From: an uncultured virus (IMG/VR IMGVR_UViG_3300046507_000547)
Taxonomy: Duplodnaviria > Heunggongvirae > Uroviricota > Caudoviricetes
IMG/VR virus record: IMGVR_UViG_3300046507_000547
Strand: one strand, 5' to 3'
Length of the DNA: 64,000 nucleotides
This document shows positions 56,501 to 64,000 of the stretch, one piece after another. Numbering within the stretch: position 1 is the stretch's first letter; each line of letters starts with the position of its first letter. Both the position numbers and the translations under genes were made by a program. The notes beneath the pieces are model-generated. The model was not told where the DNA came from. It ran no database searches and saw only the letters and a list, made by a program, of their open reading frames with translations.

Positions 56501-58193
56501 GGCCAACCAGAAGATCGGCGAGGCTCTGGCCGCAGCCCGGGGCTGGTCCGGCCCGCAGTGGGCTGCCCTGAAGAACCTGTGGAATGGGGAGTCCGGCTGG
56601 AACGAGCGGGCCCTGAACAAGTCGTCGGGCGCGTATGGCATCCCGCAGTCGCTGCCCGCGAGCAAGATGGGCTCGGCCGGCTCGGACTGGAAGACGAACG
56701 CGTCCACGCAGATCAAGTGGGGTCTGTCGTACATCAAGTCCGTGTACGGCAATCCGCTGAACGCCTACTCGCAGTGGCTCGCCCGCTCTCCGCACTGGTA
56801 CGCCCAAGGCACGGGCGGCGCGGCCAGGGGCCTGGCCTGGGTCGGCGAAAAGGGTCCTGAGCTGGTCAATTTCAAGGGCGGCGAGGACGTGATGTCCAAC
56901 CCGCAGTCGATGGCGTTCGCCAAGGCCAACAACATCAAGCTGCCCGGTTACGCCTCGGGCACCATCACCAACGCGGCGGACCGGGTGCGGCGCGACCACC
57001 AGCGCGTCCAAGACGCGAAGGACGATGTGGCGCGCGCCAAGCGGCGACACAAGGGCGTCCAGGCGGCGGAGACCCGGCTCCGGGCGGCGCAGAAGGAGCT
57101 GCAGGCGGCGAACATCGCGCTGAAGAACGCGCAGCGGTCGGCGAAGACGTCGATCGCCAACACGATCGCCACCGGCCTGCTCAAGACCCTGAGCACGGGC
57201 ACCTCGTCGGCTATCGCATCGGCGATCAAGAGCCTGGCGACGAAGCTGCTGAACGCGGGCTACAACCGCACCGCCGCCAGCATGCAGAAGAAGGGCGGTC
57301 GGCTGGAGAAGCTCGCCGACAAGCGGGCCAGTGTGCAGAAGACCATTGCCGCGGCCAACCAGTACGCGAGCGACCAGGCCTCCACCATCAAGGACTTCCT
57401 GAGCATCAGCGGGACGTCGGCCACCGACATCGGCGGCCTCATCTCGCAGATGAGCGGCCAGCAGAAGACGGCGAGCAGCTTCGTGGGTCTGACCCGGTCG
57501 CTGAAGGCTCGTGGCGCTTCGAAGGACTTGCTCCAGCAGCTGTCCGACGCAGGTCCGGGCAGCCAGCTCGCGACCATCCTCGGTCAGAGGAACGTCACCA
57601 CCCAGGACATCAGCAAGCTCAACGGCCTGGTGGCCAGCGGCGGGAAGCTGGCGACGTCCTTCGGCAAGGACATGGCCGACCTGATGTACGACACCGGGAA
57701 GCATGCCGGAGAAGGCTTCCTTGCCGGACTGAAGGCCACGGAGAAGGATCTCCAGAAGCAGATCGACAAGCTCGCCAAGGGCCTGATTGCGGCGATCAAG
57801 AAGGCGCTGAAGATCAAGAGCCCGTCGGTCGTCATGCGCGACGAGATCGGCAAGAACGTCGTCCTCGGCTGGGTCGCCGGAATGGACATGCACAGCCACC
57901 TCGTCGGCGGCGCAGCCCAGCGTCTCGCCGACACCGCGTCCGGCGTGTCCGTGCGCCGCCGCTACGTCCCGACCGTTGCCAGTCAGGGTGGCGCCCGCGA
58001 AGACGCGCTGTGGGAGCGGCTTGCAAGCGCACTCGAGCAGCAGGCCAGCCGGGACAGTCACCTCACCGGCGAACTGCGCCTCGACTCCGGCGAACTGCTC
58101 GGAGTCATCCAGGGCGCCGTGAAGCCGCAAATCAAGGCCTCCGCGAACATGCAGGCCTACCGGGCCAAGGTCGGGCGGAGGAGCGGCGGATGA
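53529..58193 (+). CDS. tape measure protein with lytic transglycosylase-like domain
   Basis: about 1550 aa after the chaperones; W/F repeats; ESGWNERALNKSSGAYGIPQSLP. Confidence 0.95.
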   Translation: MTSSSIVYRLIAHDSASRTFNTVGRSASSTERTLAKLGQTAVKAGAAMAAGLAVGLGESAKKAAEFQSEMTRISTQAGGTAKDVKVLSDQVLKLGTSTQQGPQHLAESLYHLKSVGMDNVSAMKALKESADLAAVGHANLEETTNALAGAWRTGIKGATSFHEAVSTVNAIIGAGNMSMDAFNAAIGTGILPSAKTFGLSMKQVGAALALMTDEGIDSASAATRLRMSFSLLGAPSKAAEKQLGKIGLTGLNLADAMRGPKGLIGAIGLLKEHLDKSGLSASKQSQLLSRAFGGGRSSSGILLMLNNLDVLEKKQEQINRSTGKFDDAVKMQRKTAEAQWHLLTSNLEVMGIRVGTKVLPPVTSFIHFLATDAMPTAARFGRAMAAIVPVDQIKQGFSQAQGMVGDFLKGFSGTKKATSDLLGGLFDTSPHLGSSKASVASKGPALAPMPHFGVGQVAPTTGVQGPALAPMPHGGSGLVASLVSPKAKPPKSAAQKIGETIRRAISGGFKDINWGNLGSILGKGLGDAIGWVGKHTADFTKKIAKVFAGLDFVEIGKGFGASAIPLAIGFIKSVFDPLFSLDFWKKHWLDTILAVISIIPIGRVAGVLGKVFEHIPFLKVFEPLLKGVGKLGGWIEKAFGKAVKFFGTNLWRGLAKVFPEAASVVERESGLLTTRIGVWGIKLMDKGKAAIHFLGNGIRDGAGWVIAKVGEIVGLVVKPFVKAGGWLIRKGADVARGFGGGIARGGRSIGGFAKKWVIDPVVGAFSRAGSWLLSKGRALVSGFRGGVSAGAKAIGGWVFDRILVPVANWMARSGRWLIGKGSALVSGFKSGVSAGAKVIGSWTISHIVSPVLSRFTKAGGWLVSKGGSLISGFKSGIVGTMKGIGSWIKKTMVDPVVNAVKHFFGIRSPSRVFMGIGGHIVSGLMKGMAKTSGTAIAKKVFGSLPKALGSIVKKGLVSITKLPGKALKALGGLGGDVLGLLGLGGSGGGSSANQKIGEALAAARGWSGPQWAALKNLWNGESGWNERALNKSSGAYGIPQSLPASKMGSAGSDWKTNASTQIKWGLSYIKSVYGNPLNAYSQWLARSPHWYAQGTGGAARGLAWVGEKGPELVNFKGGEDVMSNPQSMAFAKANNIKLPGYASGTITNAADRVRRDHQRVQDAKDDVARAKRRHKGVQAAETRLRAAQKELQAANIALKNAQRSAKTSIANTIATGLLKTLSTGTSSAIASAIKSLATKLLNAGYNRTAASMQKKGGRLEKLADKRASVQKTIAAANQYASDQASTIKDFLSISGTSATDIGGLISQMSGQQKTASSFVGLTRSLKARGASKDLLQQLSDAGPGSQLATILGQRNVTTQDISKLNGLVASGGKLATSFGKDMADLMYDTGKHAGEGFLAGLKATEKDLQKQIDKLAKGLIAAIKKALKIKSPSVVMRDEIGKNVVLGWVAGMDMHSHLVGGAAQRLADTASGVSVRRRYVPTVASQGGAREDALWERLASALEQQASRDSHLTGELRLDSGELLGVIQGAVKPQIKASANMQAYRAKVGRRSGG

Positions 58194-59656
58194 CCATCTC
58201 GTATGTCGGGGCCGGCGCCTCAGCCAGCGGCACCACCAGCGTCACCTTGGCATACCCAGCCGGCGCCACCGCGGGCCGGCTGGCCGTGCTGCAGGTGATG
58301 TCCGGCGGGAGCGGGGACCCGATGCCCTCGACCCCGTCCGGGTGGACGCTGGCTGGCTCCCTCACTGGAGGCGGCGGCGCCTTCGGTTCCGGCACCGGTC
58401 CTCGGCGCCTGACCTGGTTCATGCGGGAACTCGTCGGCAGCGACTCCACCCCCAGCACGTCCATTCCGTCCAGCACGGGCTCGGTGATCGGCGGGGAGAT
58501 CTTTGTGCTCTCCCGCACGGCCGGGACCGGCTGGCGGTGGGCCGCGGCCTTCGGTGAGGACACCGTCGCGGGCACTGGGTTCAGCGCACCCTGCCAGTCC
58601 GGGCTGACCTTCGCCGCCGGGGACTTCATCGCCCTCGGCTACAGCCTCGCCCTGAGCACGTCGTCGATCGGCACCGAGAGCGCCACCGCGTCTGGTGTCA
58701 CGTTCGGCACCTTCACCCACCAGATCAACGTCAGCGTTGCGACGGGCAACGGCGGCAGGCTCGGCATGGCATGGGCCACCGTCACTACCGGGGCCAGCAC
58801 GCCCACGCCAACCGTCACCGCCACGCTGAGCGCCGCCACGATCGGTGTGGCCGGAGTGCTGCGGATCCGCGAAGCCAGCTCGGACGTCAACGCATCCCCA
58901 CAGTCCGTTTTCCCGCCCCGCAACCTGGTGTCGGCAACTGGACTGACCGGCGACGACATCGTCACCGCGACCCTGTACCGGCAGGTCGACACCACGCTCA
59001 CGCCGGTGCGCGCAGCCAGCAGTATCGATGTGACTGGGCAAGCCTCGCTCCTGCGGGTGGATGCAGAGCAGCCGTTCGGGATCAGCGTGACCTACGCGGC
59101 CGTCCTCACTGACGTCAACGGGGTCCAGTGGACGGTGTTCTCCGGACCGATCACGTCGACCGTGGCCAGCGACGTCGTGTCCGACGCGATCCGCGGCGTC
59201 GGCGCCGCCGTAAAAATCGAGTCTCCGCTGGAGTGGAAACGAGACCGCGACAGCAGCCAGTTCAACATCAACGGCCGGATCGTCGTCGTGGGCAAGCCGA
59301 GGTCGTCCCGGTCCGGCACGCTCACCGTCCGCACGGAAACCGACGATGACGGCGACGCGATGAACGAGCTCCTCGACAGTGCGACTGAGGGCACGATCCT
59401 CGTGCGCAAGCAGGTGTCGCTGTCCCGTCTCGACGGCACGTACTCCCTGATTGACGACACCGAGAGCCCGAACTGGTACGACGAGTTCCGCTGGTTCGCC
59501 TTGACCGTCGTCAAGTCGGACGACTGGCCGGACGTGATGGAGGCTGCCGGGTTCACCCTCCAGGACATCGCGAACAACTTCTCGATCCTTAGCGACATCA
59601 GCGCGTTTTTCACTGGCACTTTGCTGTCCATCGCCCAGTATGACTTTGGACCCTGA
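58190..59656 (+). CDS. minor tail protein (distal tail region)
   Basis: ATGA-coupled to the tape measure gene. Confidence 0.8.
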   Translation: MTISYVGAGASASGTTSVTLAYPAGATAGRLAVLQVMSGGSGDPMPSTPSGWTLAGSLTGGGGAFGSGTGPRRLTWFMRELVGSDSTPSTSIPSSTGSVIGGEIFVLSRTAGTGWRWAAAFGEDTVAGTGFSAPCQSGLTFAAGDFIALGYSLALSTSSIGTESATASGVTFGTFTHQINVSVATGNGGRLGMAWATVTTGASTPTPTVTATLSAATIGVAGVLRIREASSDVNASPQSVFPPRNLVSATGLTGDDIVTATLYRQVDTTLTPVRAASSIDVTGQASLLRVDAEQPFGISVTYAAVLTDVNGVQWTVFSGPITSTVASDVVSDAIRGVGAAVKIESPLEWKRDRDSSQFNINGRIVVVGKPRSSRSGTLTVRTETDDDGDAMNELLDSATEGTILVRKQVSLSRLDGTYSLIDDTESPNWYDEFRWFALTVVKSDDWPDVMEAAGFTLQDIANNFSILSDISAFFTGTLLSIAQYDFGP

Positions 59657-59657
59657 C

Positions 59658-60743
59658 ATGCTCGATATGTCGACCACCGCGCTCGCCGTCGTCCAAGGCT
59701 CGTACACCATGGACATCCGCGCCGAGTCCTGGCTCGGCGGCCTGCTGCTCGCCGACAGCATCCCGATCTCCGACGGCGGCGAGAACCGCGACCGCTCCCT
59801 GGCCGTCCCCGAACAGATCACCCTCACCGTGCCCCGCCGCGACGGCGGCTTCGACTGGGACCCCGGCACCGACCCGGCGCACCCGCTCGCCGCATACGGG
59901 CAGATGCTCCGCATCGACTACGGCGTCGACGTCGGCGGCCACATGGAGTGGATCAATAGGGGTTGGTTCCTCATCACCGAAAGCTCGACCGACGGCGACA
60001 CCGTATCCGTCAGCTGCCAGGGCCTGCTGACGCTCATCGCCGAGGCCAACCTCATCTCGCCGTTCCAGCCGTCCAGCAGCGACACCCTCGTCTCCGTGAT
60101 CCGCGCGCTCGTCGAGCCCGCCCTCACCGTGTCGTTCGACGGAACACTCGTCGACCGGGCTGTACCGCTCGGCATGCAGTGGGACAGCGACCGGCTTGGC
60201 GCCGTCACCGAAGTCCTCACTGCGTGGGGAGCGGCCGAACGGGTCACCGAAGACGGCTACCTCCTCATCGAACCCGTCAGCGACGCCGGAGCATCCGTCC
60301 TGTCCATCAGCGACGACCCGGAGACCGGCACCGTCGTCCGCTGGCAGGGCAACACCACCAGAGACGGCGCCTTCAACGTCGTCGTCGCCCAAGGCGAGGA
60401 CGCGTCCGGCAACCAGATCCAGGGCGTCGCCTACGACTCGGACGGCACCAGTCCCTACCAGTACGGCGGTTCCTTCAACCCGCTGCCCGTGCCGTTCCCA
60501 TACCAGTCGTCACTCCTCACGACCGTCGCCCAGTGCCGGACCACGGCCGCCGCCCAGCTGAAGCTGCTGCGTCGGCAGGCCTTCCGGAAACTCCAGGTCA
60601 CGATGGTTCCGCACCCCGGCCTGGTCACCGGCGACATCGTGTCCGTCACCGGTGCCGGCCTCACCAGCGCCCGCTGCGCGATCGAGTCCCTGTCGCTGCC
60701 CTACTCGCCTGGCGAGCAGAGTCTGACCGTCCGAGTGCTGTAG
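59658..60743 (+). CDS. minor tail protein (hub-like)
   Basis: PLAAYGQMLRI, WDSDR, FNVVVAQGE, PHPGL. Confidence 0.8.
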   Translation: MLDMSTTALAVVQGSYTMDIRAESWLGGLLLADSIPISDGGENRDRSLAVPEQITLTVPRRDGGFDWDPGTDPAHPLAAYGQMLRIDYGVDVGGHMEWINRGWFLITESSTDGDTVSVSCQGLLTLIAEANLISPFQPSSSDTLVSVIRALVEPALTVSFDGTLVDRAVPLGMQWDSDRLGAVTEVLTAWGAAERVTEDGYLLIEPVSDAGASVLSISDDPETGTVVRWQGNTTRDGAFNVVVAQGEDASGNQIQGVAYDSDGTSPYQYGGSFNPLPVPFPYQSSLLTTVAQCRTTAAAQLKLLRRQAFRKLQVTMVPHPGLVTGDIVSVTGAGLTSARCAIESLSLPYSPGEQSLTVRVL

Positions 60744-60752
60744 GGGGAGCGG

Positions 60753-61565
60753 ATGCCCGACTTCGCCGATACTCGCGTGTCGCTCGCCGGAACAGGAGTC
60801 GTGCGCGGCATCGCGCAGACCGCGGTCTCCTCGAACGCCTGCCTGGTCACCGTCGGCGGGATCACTGTCACCGCCCGGGTCGCGACCGGCCTGACCGTGA
60901 CAGCCGGCTCGATCCTGCTGATGGCCCGGCTCGGCAGCCTCTACTACGTCACCAGCGTCATCCCGGCCGCGCCGACATCAACGCCGGCGACACCGCCCCC
61001 GGCCGACAGTGCACCCCCGGACACCGGGGACCCACCCCCGCCGCCCAAGCCCCTCACCCGGACCGGCACCCTGACGTGCGTACCGACGGCCACCGCCTGC
61101 TACCGCGACGGCAGTTGGCGCTCCGACGGCGACCCGACGAACTCGTTCGATCTCTTCCAGGGGCGGTACGGCGGCAGCAGCTACGGCCGGAACACCGGCG
61201 CCGCGTTCTACGGCTCCAAGCCGCACACGCTGAGCGGCGCCACCTGCACCAAGGCCACGGTGAAGATCAAGCGCCTGAGCGCCGGCGACTTCTCCGCGCG
61301 GTCGGCAACCCTGCGGCTCGTCTCGCAGACCAGCCGACCAGGCGGCGCCCCCACTCTCAACGAGTCCACCGGCGGCCCCAGCTTGAAGATCAACGACTCA
61401 ACCACGTTCACGCTGCCGACGAGCTGGGGTCAGGCCATGATCGACGGCACCCGCGGAGGCATCGCCATCAGCATCGGCAGCGACGACCCGTACATCCAAC
61501 TCGCAGGCCGCGGCTCCTGGTCCGCCGCCATGACCCTCGCAATCTCCTGGAGGCGCACCTCATGA
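60753..61565 (+). CDS. minor tail protein
   Basis: N-terminal beta-rich domain, Pro-rich linker, GAAFYG. Confidence 0.75.
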   Translation: MPDFADTRVSLAGTGVVRGIAQTAVSSNACLVTVGGITVTARVATGLTVTAGSILLMARLGSLYYVTSVIPAAPTSTPATPPPADSAPPDTGDPPPPPKPLTRTGTLTCVPTATACYRDGSWRSDGDPTNSFDLFQGRYGGSSYGRNTGAAFYGSKPHTLSGATCTKATVKIKRLSAGDFSARSATLRLVSQTSRPGGAPTLNESTGGPSLKINDSTTFTLPTSWGQAMIDGTRGGIAISIGSDDPYIQLAGRGSWSAAMTLAISWRRTS

Positions 61566-62323
61566 CCGCCAACACCTCCAAGGGCATCACCTATCCACAG
61601 TCCACGGACCACACCCGACTGTGGGAGCACTTCCAGACCCTCGCCAACTCCGCCGACGGCATCATCATCGGCAACAAGGATGTCCAAATTTTCACCAGCT
61701 CCGGCACGTGGACGCGGCCCGCAAACGCGATCCTCGTCGACGTCCAAGTGCAGGCCGGAGGTGGCGGCTCCGGGGGCTGCGCGGCCACCGTCGCGGGCCA
61801 GGCATCGTGCGCACCAGGCGCCGGCGGAGGCGAGTACGCCAAGGGTGTCTACCTGCCCGCAACAGTCGGCGCGAGCGTCGCCGTCACCGTCGGTACCGGA
61901 GGCGCGGGAGGCACCGCCGGAGCGAACTCGGGCGCCACCGGCGGTGCCTCGTCGTTCGGCGCGCTCATCACCTGCAATGGGGGCTTCGGTGGCCAGGGTG
62001 GCACCGCCACGTCGACGGCTGTCAGCCTCGGCGCGGCAAATGGCGGCACCGGCGGCACCGGCGGAGACATTCACATCAACGGCGGCGATGGCGGCAACGG
62101 GCAAGTCATCAGCGCCACGCCGATCAAGTTCAACAATGGCGGCAACGCGTTTCTGGCAAGCACCACGCGCTCGTCCGGTGTCGCTGCCACCACTACCGGC
62201 GGCTTCGTCGGCTACCCCTACGGCGGTGGCGCATCTGGTCCCTCCAACGGCGCCTCGCAGAGCGCGGTCGCCGGGTCAGCAGGCGCTGGCGGCGTCGTCA
62301 TCGTGACCACTTACACCGCATAG
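61562..62323 (+). CDS. glycine-rich tail fibre protein
   Basis: IFTSSGTWTRP, GGGGSGG, GAGGVVIVTTY. Confidence 0.8.
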   Translation: MTANTSKGITYPQSTDHTRLWEHFQTLANSADGIIIGNKDVQIFTSSGTWTRPANAILVDVQVQAGGGGSGGCAATVAGQASCAPGAGGGEYAKGVYLPATVGASVAVTVGTGGAGGTAGANSGATGGASSFGALITCNGGFGGQGGTATSTAVSLGAANGGTGGTGGDIHINGGDGGNGQVISATPIKFNNGGNAFLASTTRSSGVAATTTGGFVGYPYGGGASGPSNGASQSAVAGSAGAGGVVIVTTYTA

Positions 62324-62330
62324 GAGCACC

Positions 62331-62570
62331 ATGCCTCTCGACTCGCCCGAAAGTTCGAACAGCGACACCACCTGGGTCATCAACGGCCGCCTGAACGCCA
62401 GCTCGGGCACTGGCTTCCAGACGACCATCACCACTGAGGGCCCTGCTACCGAAGCAGAGGGCGACGCGCTCCTACAGGATCTCGTCGACCTGCTGTCGAC
62501 CCGCTACTACAGCGTCACCGGCACCAAGGGCTACACGTCGTACACGACACGGAACATGACCCGGTCCTGA
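62331..62570 (+). CDS. hypothetical protein
   Basis: AGGAG SD. Confidence 0.65.
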   Translation: MPLDSPESSNSDTTWVINGRLNASSGTGFQTTITTEGPATEAEGDALLQDLVDLLSTRYYSVTGTKGYTSYTTRNMTRS

Positions 62571-62591
62571 CCAGCCCTCCACCGCCACCCA

Positions 62592-62614
62592 CGCCCCGCT
62601 CCCGGGGCGTTTTT
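62592..62614 (+). terminator. intrinsic terminator
   Basis: CGCCCCG-CTCC-CGGGGCG followed by TTTTT. Confidence 0.7.
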
Positions 62615-62631
62615 CATGCCCGGGAGGGGCT

Positions 62632-63519
62632 TTGACGTTCACCTTTCACGGCGGGAAGCTGCCCGCCCAGCCAGCCCGGTCGCAGCTGCGGCTGTCCGCG
62701 GTCCTCGGGGAGCGGCTTGCCGCGCCGCCCGCGGCCGTCGATTGGCAGGACGACCGCATCGTCTGGCCGATGTACGCCAACGACGAGGTCGGCGACTGCA
62801 CGTGCGCCGGGGTCGGCCACCTCGTCAACCAGCTGACCTACTACGGCTCGGGCAGCGAAGTGCAGCCCACCGATTCGTCGGTGCTCGGCATGTACTCGGC
62901 GATCACCGGCTACGACCCGGCCAAGCCAGCATCGGACACCGGCGCCTACTGCCAAGACGTCCTCGCCTACTGGCGAAAGACCGGCCTCGAAGGCCACAAG
63001 ATCACGGCCTACGCGTCGCTCGACGTCTCGAACCTTGTCGAGGTCAAGCAGGCCATCGCACTGTTCGGGACCGTCTACGTCGGGCTCAGCTTCCCTGACA
63101 GCGCGATGAAGCAGTTCAACGGCGACCAGCCGTGGGACGTCGTCCGCGGCGCCAGGATCGAAGGCGGGCACTGTGTCATCGTCGGCGCCTACGGCAGCGG
63201 CAAGCTCGGCCTCGTCACCTGGGGCGCCGAGACCACGATGACCGAAGCGTTCTGGAAGAAGTACGTCGACGAAGCGTGGGTCGTCCTCGACGCAGACGGG
63301 CTGACGAAGGCCGCCGCATATTTCACCGGGGCGGCCTCCTTCTATGCGCTCGGCCAGCAGTTCGCGGCGCTCACCAGCGAGAAGAACCCGATCCCCGCGC
63401 CGAAGCCGACCCCTACCCCTCCTCCGGCGCCCACGCCTTCTCCAGTGGATCCTCGCCTTGCTCAGGCGCTGGCTCTGATGACGGCGTGGGGCCGCGACAA
63501 CCATGTGACGGGAGCCTGA
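62632..63519 (+). CDS. papain-like (C1-type) cysteine peptidase
   Basis: GDCTCAG (Cys), GGHCVIVGAY (His), VTWG. Confidence 0.7.
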   Translation: MTFTFHGGKLPAQPARSQLRLSAVLGERLAAPPAAVDWQDDRIVWPMYANDEVGDCTCAGVGHLVNQLTYYGSGSEVQPTDSSVLGMYSAITGYDPAKPASDTGAYCQDVLAYWRKTGLEGHKITAYASLDVSNLVEVKQAIALFGTVYVGLSFPDSAMKQFNGDQPWDVVRGARIEGGHCVIVGAYGSGKLGLVTWGAETTMTEAFWKKYVDEAWVVLDADGLTKAAAYFTGAASFYALGQQFAALTSEKNPIPAPKPTPTPPPAPTPSPVDPRLAQALALMTAWGRDNHVTGA

Positions 63520-63523
63520 GCTG

Positions 63524-64000
63524 ATGATCCACGGCATTGACGTCTCGGCATACCAGTCGGCGACGTACAGCACGGCAGGCCTCGACTTCGTCTTCGTGAA
63601 GGCCACCGAGGGTGTCTCCTACACCAACCCACGGATGGCCGCGCAGGCCAAGCGGGCACGCGACGCTGGGCTCGTCGTCGGCTACTACCACTACCCGCAC
63701 ATGGCCAACGACCCCGTTCAGGAAGCCAACTACTTCCTGAAGCAGGTCGCCTGGCAGCCGGGGGACATCATCGTCTTCGACTGGGAGGGCTACGACGCCG
63801 CCAACAAGAGTGTGCCGAAGTCCCGGCAGCTCGCCTACCGCGACGCCTGGCTGAAGTACGTCAAGGGCAAGATGGCCGCCCACCGGGTCGGCATGTACTG
63901 CAACACCGACTACTGGCTGAACGTCGACAAGACCGGCACCTGCGGTGACTTCCTCTGGATCGCCACCGGCGGCAAGCCGGCCGGGCAGCCGGGCATCAAG
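63524..64000 (+). CDS. GH25 muramidase endolysin (partial)
   Basis: MIHGIDVSAYQ, FVFVKATEG, VGYYHY, FDWE; runs off the window. Confidence 0.9.
   Translation, partial: MIHGIDVSAYQSATYSTAGLDFVFVKATEGVSYTNPRMAAQAKRARDAGLVVGYYHYPHMANDPVQEANYFLKQVAWQPGDIIVFDWEGYDAANKSVPKSRQLAYRDAWLKYVKGKMAAHRVGMYCNTDYWLNVDKTGTCGDFLWIATGGKPAGQPGIK

Larger units (their letters stand above)
1410..64000. mobile_element. temperate siphovirus-type phage/prophage carrying a TraB-type transfer module
   Basis: int-immunity-recombination-replication-head-tail-lysis gene order; left flank 1-1410 may also be phage. Confidence 0.93.

Noticed and set aside
53409..59914. Long minus ORFs opposite the tape measure and tail genes
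   Set aside because: Shadow frames.

Overview
The window is GC-rich actinobacterial DNA (Streptomyces-like gene content) and is almost entirely one temperate siphovirus-type phage or prophage, truncated on the right inside the endolysin. The left part holds small accessory ORFs, an XRE gene and a LexA-like box, then an attachment region with arm-type repeats on both sides of a core (looks like an intact attP). It continues with a tyrosine integrase, a repressor/Cro/Xis switch, and an early operon with YqaJ+RecT, a ParB-like gene, a replication initiator with an internal origin-like segment and two C5-DNA-methyltransferase-like genes. A block of about 12 kb (22.3-34.6 kb) resembles the conjugative transfer module of Streptomyces plasmids/AICEs. 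It encodes a KorSA-like GntR-UTRA repressor, a stand-alone UTRA protein, a Xis-like HTH, Spd-like membrane proteins and an FtsK/TraB-like ATPase, followed by a mirror-symmetric array of 8-bp CTGCTCAG repeats (clt-like), but no integrase or Rep of its own. To the right are a Q-like late switch, HNH genes, a cos-like region, terminase, an HK97-type head, a methyltransferase/glycosyltransferase pair after the capsid gene, tail genes with a -1 frameshift chaperone, a tape measure with a transglycosylase domain, a papain-like peptidase and a GH25 endolysin. The most notable feature is the apparent phage / TraB-conjugation hybrid. All calls come from reading motifs by eye; no database searches were run.
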